Below are positions 27,868 through 34,617 of a stretch of DNA of 36,425 bases, in pieces. A program made the position numbers and the translations under genes. The DNA comes from Armatimonadota bacterium (GTDB lineage: Bacteria > Sysuimicrobiota > Sysuimicrobiia > Sysuimicrobiales > Humicultoraceae). Where the stretch lies: contig JBBIOM010000018.1 in the NCBI GenBank assembly GCA_037443365.1, positions 1-36,425 of the forward strand, written 5' to 3'. Each line of letters starts with the position of its first letter. Within the stretch, counting starts at the first letter, position 1. The notes under the pieces are model-generated. The model was not told where the DNA came from, made no database searches, and saw only the letters and a program-made list of their open reading frames with translations.

Positions 27868-29526
27868 CTACTGCTTCCACTCCCACGTCCGGGAGTTCCA
27901 GTTGATGTAGGTACCCGCGAGCCCTGTGGGGCTCACGTTCGTCAGCTTCTTGTTGGACGTGGTCAGGTGCAGCCGGAAGTACAGCGGGATGGAGGGCAGC
28001 TCCTCCGCCCAGATCTCCTGCTGCTTCCTGAGTAGCGCCACGCGCTTCGCGGCGTCGATCTCGGTCATGTACTGGTCTATGATCTTGTCGTTCTCGGCGT
28101 GCCGGAATCCCGGGTAGTTCTGGCCCTCCCAGTTGTTGGCGGGGGTCGGAACCTGGGTCGAGTGCCAGAAGGTGTTGCCCAGCGTAGTGGGCGACATCAG
28201 CCAGGCGTACATGACCAGGTGCGGGAACTGCCGCCGCTGGGTGACCGTACCGAACAGCACGCTGGCCGGCCTGTTGTCGATCCGGAGATCAATACCCACG
28301 ACCCGCAGCTGCTCCTTGATGATCTGCTGGATCTGCTCGCGGACCGCGTTGCCGGCGGTTGTCATGATCGTGATCTCGAACCGCGCCCCCTTGGAGTCGC
28401 GCAGGAAGCCATCCGCGCCCATCGTGAAGCCGGCCTCCGTGAGCAGCGCGCGCGCCCGGGCCGGGTCGTGGGCGTACTTCTTGACGTTGGGGTTGAAGCC
28501 CTCATGCCGCTCCGGCAGCCAGGTGTGCGCGACCGGCTGCTTGCCGTAGAAGAGCTTGGTGCTGAACTCCTCGCGGTTGATCGCGTGGGCAAGCGCCTGC
28601 CGCACCCGCTTGTCCTTCAGCCACTCGTTCTCCACGTTGACATCAATGTGCTCCCAGATCATGGCCGGCGTGTAGTGCGCGGCCACGCCTGGGTTGCGGC
28701 GCTCGATCTCGATCATCTGATCGATCGAGAAGTTGTTGATCTCGGTGGCGTCCACCTGGTTGGCGATGACGTTGGCCTGCAGGACGGTGGCGTCCAGGAT
28801 GAAGCGCCACACCTGCTTCTTGATCTTGGCCACGCCCTCGGGGAACTTGTCGTAGGCCTCCAGGGTGATGTGGCTTCCCGGCACCCACTCCACCAGCTTG
28901 TAGGGGCCGCTTCCGATTGGATTCCGCGCCTGCTTGTGGGACTTCAGGCCCGCGGGATCCCGAAGGTACTCGCGCTCCATCACGTGCCGCGGATAGACGG
29001 TGTGCCCGGTGTTGGCGAACGGGTAGGTCTCGTTCCACTGTACAACCAGCGTGTAGGGATCCTGGGGGTTGGGAACGAGCATGTTCTCGATCTTGCGCAG
29101 GACGAACCTGGTGACAGCCGGGCTGCGCGGGTTGCGCAGCATCAGGTAGGTCCAGGACGCGTCCAGCGCGGTGACCGGCTTCCCGTCGTGCCAGGTGTAG
29201 CCCTTCTTGAACTTGTAGGTCACCTTCATCTTGCCGCCGGGAAGCAGCTGCCAGTCCCCGTCCTTCAGGGTTGGCACCTTCTGGACGGTCTGGGAAAACA
29301 GCTGCCACTTGTCGTTGTACGACACCATCTCGGCGAAGATGGAGTTGACGACGGCCATGCCCGCGGCCATGGAGCAGAACGTCATGATCAGGCAGTCGGG
29401 CTCCTGGGCCATGCCGAAGACGACCGTGTCGCGGCTCTGCTGGGCCCCTACCGACGGGATGTTGACCCCCACGGCCAGCGCGGCCACGATGGCCAGCGCC
29501 AGAAGGGATCGTGTGAGAATCCTCAT
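27868..29526 (-). CDS. Family 5 ABC substrate-binding protein (close paralog of 24197..25867)
   Basis: ATG 29526 with SD GAGGAGG; signal peptide ending VGA|Q; QEPD, TWHDGKPVTALD, IGSGPYKL, DKRVRQALA. Confidence 0.92.
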   Translation of the reverse strand: MRILTRSLLALAIVAALAVGVNIPSVGAQQSRDTVVFGMAQEPDCLIMTFCSMAAGMAVVNSIFAEMVSYNDKWQLFSQTVQKVPTLKDGDWQLLPGGKMKVTYKFKKGYTWHDGKPVTALDASWTYLMLRNPRSPAVTRFVLRKIENMLVPNPQDPYTLVVQWNETYPFANTGHTVYPRHVMEREYLRDPAGLKSHKQARNPIGSGPYKLVEWVPGSHITLEAYDKFPEGVAKIKKQVWRFILDATVLQANVIANQVDATEINNFSIDQMIEIERRNPGVAAHYTPAMIWEHIDVNVENEWLKDKRVRQALAHAINREEFSTKLFYGKQPVAHTWLPERHEGFNPNVKKYAHDPARARALLTEAGFTMGADGFLRDSKGARFEITIMTTAGNAVREQIQQIIKEQLRVVGIDLRIDNRPASVLFGTVTQRRQFPHLVMYAWLMSPTTLGNTFWHSTQVPTPANNWEGQNYPGFRHAENDKIIDQYMTEIDAAKRVALLRKQQEIWAEELPSIPLYFRLHLTTSNKKLTNVSPTGLAGTYINWNSRTWEWKQ

Positions 29527-29631
29527 GCTGCTACCTCCTCCTGCCGTTGTGTGGTCCTCGAGTGCTCGGGTGCTGGGCGAACCTAGTGTAGTTCCGCTCG
29601 ACACCTCACCTCCCCTGCACGGACCGCGAAA

Positions 29632-30021
29632 TCAGTGCAGAATCCGCAGGATCCAGTTCACCGGGCTGTCCGGCGCCGTCTCGGGATCCCAGGGCTGCGG
29701 CCTCTCGCGAGCATGGGTACCCACGTAGATCTCCTCAGGCCGCGGCTGCCGCACGGGCCCGGAGCGTGCGGTCCGTAGGGGCGACTCGCGGACAGGCGCC
29801 GGGTTCCTCGGCTCCGCCTCCACGTGCCGGGCCTCCAGGAACCGGTCCACGTCCGCCCGCAGTATGCGGTAGAGCTTGCCGATCCTGGCTGCTGGAATCC
29901 TGCCCTCGCGCACGTAGCGGTAGACGGTGAGCCGGTTGAGTTGGAGGTAGGCCGCCACCTGGGCCACCGTCATCACCTGGCCCGAACCCGCTGCCTCTGG
30001 GGCCCTGGATCGTCTCGGCAT
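29632..30021 (-). CDS. Excisionase-family (HTH_17, Xis/BldC-like) DNA-binding protein with a Pro/Arg-rich C-terminal tail
   Basis: MTVAQVAAYLQLNRLTVYRYVREGRIPAARIGKLYRILRADVDRFL matches the HTH_17 pattern; ATG 30021 lies just downstream of a TATAAT box. Confidence 0.88.
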   Translation of the reverse strand: MPRRSRAPEAAGSGQVMTVAQVAAYLQLNRLTVYRYVREGRIPAARIGKLYRILRADVDRFLEARHVEAEPRNPAPVRESPLRTARSGPVRQPRPEEIYVGTHARERPQPWDPETAPDSPVNWILRILH

Positions 30022-30037
30022 AGGCGCGTCTGGCCTG

Positions 30038-30072
30038 ATTATATACCAGACTACACGATTGTATACTACACG
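30038..30072 (-). promoter_or_regulatory. Promoter with an 8-bp direct repeat upstream of the HTH_17 gene
   Basis: Minus strand CGTGTAGT-ATACAAT-CGTGTAGT-CTGGTA-TATAAT; consensus -10 at 30038-30043; repeats at 30050-30057 and 30065-30072. Confidence 0.65.
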
Positions 30073-30098
30073 GCACGAAAAAAACCTGCTTGCCGGGG

Positions 30099-30605
30099 TC
30101 AGCGGGGGGCCAGGGGGCCTGAGTGCTCCACCTCGAACTGCCCGTACTCCTGCCCCTGGCGGGCGGACACCGTGGTCAGGAGTGTGCGCCCCGCATACAG
30201 CCGGATCGTCACCTGCCGTACGGAGGGCTCGGCAGAAAGGACGAGCTGCGCCCCGAGCCGTCCCTCGGTGCTCAGGTGCTCCCGGTTCTCCTGGGGGGTC
30301 CTCCGGGCGTCGTAGTACCGCGAGGTCGCGTCCACCCGGGCGACCCCGACCGATGGGTCGAGTTCCGCCCTCCGGACGCTGTCGCCACCCGAGATGCTCC
30401 GCACCGCGCCGGCCACGCGCACCTCCGGGCCCGGGGGTTGGGGCTGGCTTCGAGCCTGCCAGGCCCTGTCCACGCCGACCAGCAGGGCGGCCACCGCCAG
30501 GACACCAACTGCCCAGAGCAGGGGCCCGATCCAAGACCGGGCCGCGAGGCGGGCGCCCCTGCGCCCGAGGGGTCCCAAGCGTCGGAGACTGCGGCCGCTG
30601 CGCAT
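30099..30605 (-). CDS. Hypothetical protein with a single N-terminal TM anchor and a soluble domain (168 aa)
   Basis: ATG 5 nt after the oppC stop; basic N-region, TM helix WIGPLLWAVGVLAVAALLVGV, Pro linker, then a non-repetitive domain; fills the gap between oppC and the next promoter. Confidence 0.72.
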   Translation of the reverse strand: MRSGRSLRRLGPLGRRGARLAARSWIGPLLWAVGVLAVAALLVGVDRAWQARSQPQPPGPEVRVAGAVRSISGGDSVRRAELDPSVGVARVDATSRYYDARRTPQENREHLSTEGRLGAQLVLSAEPSVRQVTIRLYAGRTLLTTVSARQGQEYGQFEVEHSGPLAPR

Positions 30606-30610
30606 CAGGA

Positions 30611-31744
30611 CTAGGAGGCGGTCCGGTGGCGCGGGTCCAGCGCGTCGCGAAGGCCGTCCCCGAACAGGTTGAAGGCCACCACCGCCGCGATGATGAACAG
30701 CCCCGGGAACAGCAGCCAGGGCGAGAGGATCAGCGTGGGGAGGTTGGAGGCGGTCGTCAGGAGGTTGCCCCACGAGGCACACGGCTCCCTGACGCCGAAG
30801 CCGAAGAACGAGAGCGCCGACTCCCCCAGGATCGCGCCGGGTATGCCGAGCGTCACGACCACGATCACCAGTGACGAGGTCTGCGGCAGGATGTGCCGCA
30901 CGATGATCCGGAAGTCGTCGAGCCCGGCGGCCTTGGCCGCCAGCACGTACTCGCGCTCCTTGAGCGACAGCACCAGACCGCGTATCAGGCGCGAGAAGCC
31001 GGCCCACCCGATGAAGGACAGGATGAGGGTGATCATGTAGAACCGCGTTGTGCACCCCACCGCCGAGGGCAGCACGGCGCTGAGCGTCAGCAGCAGGTAG
31101 AACTCGGGAAAGGCGATGATGATCTCCGACAGGCGCATCATGATGTTGTCGGCCCTGCCGCCGTAGTAGCCGGCCAGGCCGCCGTAGATCATGCCTATGG
31201 GGATGGTGACGGCCGCTGCCATGATGCCTATGGTGAGCGAGATGCGCGAGCCGTACAGGATGCGGCTGAACTGGTCCCGGCCCGACTGGTCGGTGCCCAT
31301 CAGGAAGACGCGGCCCGGCTCGTCCACGCCGAAGAGGTGCAGCGTCGAGGGAACGACGCCGAACAGCCGGTAGGGCTCCCTGCGCACGAAGAACCGGACG
31401 TAGTATCTGCGCTCCCTGTCCACGTCGAACCGGCGCAGGCCCGGGTCGGCCAACGTCGTGCCGTGAACGAACGGCCTCAGGCTGAACCCGGCCGCGTCGC
31501 GAAACGTGGGGAGAACCGGCGGGTGGAAGAACCGCTCCCGGTCCGCGTAGTCCAGCGTGTAGGGCGCGATGAACTCGGCGAAGATCGCAAGCGTGTAGAG
31601 CACGACCAGCACGCCGCCCCCGAGCAGGGCCATCCGGTGCCTGCGGAGCTGCCGCCAGGCGAGCTGAAGCTGCGTGCGCACCTGTCCGGGCGGGGCCGGT
31701 GTCCTCCGTGCCAGCCCGATCGCCCTGCTCCTGTCCTGCTCCAT
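30611..31744 (-). CDS. Peptide ABC transporter permease, OppC family, with long extracytoplasmic insertion
   Basis: WRQLRRHRMA, FHPP...HLFG insertion, LMGTDQSGRD, EYVLAAKAAG, HILPQ, GDGLRDALDP. Confidence 0.93.
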   Translation of the reverse strand: MEQDRSRAIGLARRTPAPPGQVRTQLQLAWRQLRRHRMALLGGGVLVVLYTLAIFAEFIAPYTLDYADRERFFHPPVLPTFRDAAGFSLRPFVHGTTLADPGLRRFDVDRERRYYVRFFVRREPYRLFGVVPSTLHLFGVDEPGRVFLMGTDQSGRDQFSRILYGSRISLTIGIMAAAVTIPIGMIYGGLAGYYGGRADNIMMRLSEIIIAFPEFYLLLTLSAVLPSAVGCTTRFYMITLILSFIGWAGFSRLIRGLVLSLKEREYVLAAKAAGLDDFRIIVRHILPQTSSLVIVVVTLGIPGAILGESALSFFGFGVREPCASWGNLLTTASNLPTLILSPWLLFPGLFIIAAVVAFNLFGDGLRDALDPRHRTAS

Positions 31745-31760
31745 ACCCGGCCCGTACCTC

Positions 31761-32726
31761 CTAGTCGTACCGGATGCGGGGATCGCTCATGACAAGCAGC
31801 ACGTCCGCGATGAGGTTCCCCGCGACCAGGGTCACGGAACCGATGACCAGCGACGCCATGACCACGTAGAGGTCCTTCTGGATCGTTGCCTCGACGATCA
31901 GCTTGCCGATCCCCGGCCACCCCATCACGTTCTCCAGGATGGCCGAGCCGCCAAGCAATCCGCCCAGGCTGAAGCCGAAGATCGTTATCAGGGGGTTTAT
32001 GGCGTTGCGCACCGCGTGCCTGTTGATCACCGTGCGCTCCGAGAGGCCCTTGCTCCGGGCGGTGCGAACGTAGTCCTGGCGCAGGACCTCCAGGAGGTTG
32101 GCCCGCATCTGGCGCATCAGCCCGGCCACGCTCAGCACGCCCAGGACCAGCACCGGCAGCACCATGTGGTGGGCCACGTCGAGGATCTTGCCCCACCAGG
32201 GCAGGATATCGTGGTCAATGCTGGTCATGCCGCCGATCGGGAACCAGCCCGTCTTGAAGGCCAGGTAGAGCAGGAACAATCCCGAGAAGAAGGTCGGGGT
32301 CGAGATGCCCAGGTACGCGCTGAACGAGAGCGCGTTGTCGGAGAACGTGTACTGCCGTCGGGCCGCGTGGATGCCCAGTGGTATCGCGATCGCCCAGGCG
32401 ACCGCGAACGCCACGAGATTCAACATCACCGAGTTGGCCAGCCGCGACCCGATCAGCCATATCACCGGCACCTGGAACGCGAACGAGTAGCCGAAGTCAA
32501 GCCGCAGCGCGTTCCAGAGCCACCTCAGGTACTGGATGTGCAGCGGCTGGTCCAGGCCGAAGTTGGCCCGCATCCGATCCACCGTCTCGGTGCTGACCAC
32601 GGGGTTCATCCGAATCTCGGCCAGAAAGTCCCCGGGCGAGAGCTGGATGATGGCGAACGAGATGAGCGTGATCCCCAGGAGCATGGGGACTAGGTGGAGC
32701 AGGCGGCGTGCGATGTGCGCCAGCAT
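31761..32726 (-). CDS. Peptide ABC transporter permease, OppB family
   Basis: Start set to ATG 32726 (MLAHIARRLL); SPGDF, FGLDQP, DFGYS, QDYVRTARSKG, HAVRNAINP, DPRIRYD. Confidence 0.93.
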   Translation of the reverse strand: MLAHIARRLLHLVPMLLGITLISFAIIQLSPGDFLAEIRMNPVVSTETVDRMRANFGLDQPLHIQYLRWLWNALRLDFGYSFAFQVPVIWLIGSRLANSVMLNLVAFAVAWAIAIPLGIHAARRQYTFSDNALSFSAYLGISTPTFFSGLFLLYLAFKTGWFPIGGMTSIDHDILPWWGKILDVAHHMVLPVLVLGVLSVAGLMRQMRANLLEVLRQDYVRTARSKGLSERTVINRHAVRNAINPLITIFGFSLGGLLGGSAILENVMGWPGIGKLIVEATIQKDLYVVMASLVIGSVTLVAGNLIADVLLVMSDPRIRYD

Positions 32727-32733
32727 CGGAATC

Positions 32734-32762
32734 GGGCAGGAGGGGGGCGTCCCCTCCTGCCC
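32734..32762 (-). other. Intergenic stem-loop between binding-protein and permease genes
   Basis: Minus strand GGGCAGGAGGGG-ACGCC-CCCCTCCTGCCC, 12-bp stem. Confidence 0.75.
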
Positions 32763-32770
32763 TGCGAAAC

Positions 32771-34516
32771 CTACCGGTACGGGGTCCTGTAGTACAGCTC
32801 CTCGATGTCGGCCGTGCTGCCGCCCAGCCCGAGCCGGATGTTGCCCAGCGTGTTGCGCACCGCCGGCTGTGTCAGCGTGGTGGTGAAGTAGATCATCGGG
32901 ACCTGCTCTGCGACGATCTCCTGCCAGCGGTTGTAGAGCTGCTTGCGCTTGTTCTGGTCCACCATCTGGGCGGCCTGGTCGAAGATGCGATCTATCTCGG
33001 CCTCCCAATCGGTGGCCGGGGATTCCTGGCGCGGGTGCCACATGTGCAGCGAGCCGGTCGAGCGCCAGACGTTCTGGCCGGTGTGCGGCTCCAGCCCGCC
33101 GGTCAGCCCGATGATGATTGCCTCCCAGTTGAAGGTGCCGGTCAGCTTGCCCACCAGGGTATTGAACGCCTCGGGGGCAAACGTGACGCGCATCCCCAGC
33201 CGGGTAAGGTCCTGTCGCACCAGGTTGCCGATCGCCTCACGGTCGGTGTTCCCGGCGTTGGTGGCCATCGTGAACTCAACGATGTTGCCGGCGGAGTCGC
33301 GCAGCAGCCCGTCGGGGCCCTTGCTGAACCCTGCCTCACGGAGCAGCGCCTCGGCGCGGGCGATGTCGTAGGGATAGCGGCGCGTGTTCGGGTTGAAGAA
33401 GAACTTGTTGGCCGGGCTGACCGGGCTGAACTGGGCGGTGGCACGCCCGGCGTAGACCTGGCGCAGGATCGCGTCACGGTCAATCGCGTGGCTCACGGCC
33501 TGCCGGAACTTCGTGTTCTGGAACCACGCCAGCTTGGGGCCGGAGATCCCGCGGGGGTTCTGGTTGAAGACCAGGAACTCGGTGGAGAAGGTGGGCGGGC
33601 CGTCGAAGATCGTGAAGTTGCCCGCGGCCTCCTTCTGCTTGAACTCCGCGAACTCGCGGGGCCGCGCGGCGTAGTGGTCGGTCTCACGCGCCTCGAACTT
33701 GAGCCGGGCGGCGTCGAGGTTGGGCACGACCACGATGACCAGGCGCGCCAGGTACGGGAGCCGCTGGCCTTTCTTGTCCACCCTGTAGTACTTGGTGTTG
33801 CGCAGGAACACGATCCGCTGCCCCGGGACGTACTGCTGCATCACAAAGGGCCCCTGGCCCACGATCTCACGCGGCGGGGTCGCCACGCTCCACGCGCGGT
33901 TGAACTCGGCAGGGCCCTGCTTCAGGGCGTCCTCCAGCTTGTGCTTGGGCAGGACGCTGAACCCGATCGTGCGCAGGAAGGGGCCGAACGGCTGCTCCGT
34001 CTTGAACTCGACCGTGAACGTGTCCACCTTCCTGTACTGGATGGGCTTGCCAGCGATCGTCAGCACGTCGGGCAGACTCGACTGAACGCCCTTGGTGAAC
34101 GCCGCGTCCAGCGTGAACACGACGTCATCGGCCGTGACCGGCTTGCCGTCGTGCCACGTGACGCCCCGGCGAAGCCGGAACTGCCAGGTGCGGCCGTCAC
34201 GGCTCACGGTCCAGGATTCGGCCAGCGCGCCCTCGATCTCGGTCGAGATCCGGTTCGTCTCTACCAGCCCGTCGAAGGCGTAGCCCAGGGGCACCGTGGA
34301 TGACGTCTCCTGAGCCACCACCGCGTTGAAGGTTCGTGGGTCCGAGATCGAGGTGGTCACGTAGGTGCCGCCGAACCGCCCAACCTCGCCCTCGGCCACC
34401 ACCGGATTCGGGACGTCCTCCAGCGTCAGCCTGGGGGACTGAGCCACAACGGGCGTCGCCACGACGAGCGCGCCCGCGATCGCCATCGCAACCAGCCGTG
34501 GGATCATCCTTCGCAT
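32771..34516 (-). CDS. Family 5 ABC substrate-binding protein (AppA-like)
   Basis: ATG 34516 with SD AAGGAGG; signal peptide ending VVA|Q; DPRTFN, LAESW, WHDGKPVTADDV, GQGPF, RLPYL, FRQAVSHAIDR. Confidence 0.93.
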   Translation of the reverse strand: MRRMIPRLVAMAIAGALVVATPVVAQSPRLTLEDVPNPVVAEGEVGRFGGTYVTTSISDPRTFNAVVAQETSSTVPLGYAFDGLVETNRISTEIEGALAESWTVSRDGRTWQFRLRRGVTWHDGKPVTADDVVFTLDAAFTKGVQSSLPDVLTIAGKPIQYRKVDTFTVEFKTEQPFGPFLRTIGFSVLPKHKLEDALKQGPAEFNRAWSVATPPREIVGQGPFVMQQYVPGQRIVFLRNTKYYRVDKKGQRLPYLARLVIVVVPNLDAARLKFEARETDHYAARPREFAEFKQKEAAGNFTIFDGPPTFSTEFLVFNQNPRGISGPKLAWFQNTKFRQAVSHAIDRDAILRQVYAGRATAQFSPVSPANKFFFNPNTRRYPYDIARAEALLREAGFSKGPDGLLRDSAGNIVEFTMATNAGNTDREAIGNLVRQDLTRLGMRVTFAPEAFNTLVGKLTGTFNWEAIIIGLTGGLEPHTGQNVWRSTGSLHMWHPRQESPATDWEAEIDRIFDQAAQMVDQNKRKQLYNRWQEIVAEQVPMIYFTTTLTQPAVRNTLGNIRLGLGGSTADIEELYYRTPYR

Positions 34517-34590
34517 GTTGCGCCTCCTTCTTGGGGGCCCGTGCCAGGGATCGGGCCGGCCTTCGGCCATCCCTGCTCTTCCTGGCGACA

Positions 34591-34599
34591 AGTATACCA
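34591..34599 (-). promoter_or_regulatory. Extended -10 promoter for the ABC transporter block
   Basis: Minus strand TG-G-TATACT just after the pcrA stop and 74 nt upstream of the binding-protein ATG. Confidence 0.55.
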
Positions 34600-34617
34600 G
34601 CAGCGCGCCACTGTTGC

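Noticed and set aside
29632-30021. Excisionase-like gene as evidence of a prophage or ICE
   Set aside because: No integrase, att-like repeats, phage or conjugation genes nearby; context fits a host regulator
30076-30098. Intrinsic terminator after the hypothetical gene
   Set aside because: A T7 tract is present but the preceding stem (CCGGC-AA-GCAGG) is short and mismatched; not convincing
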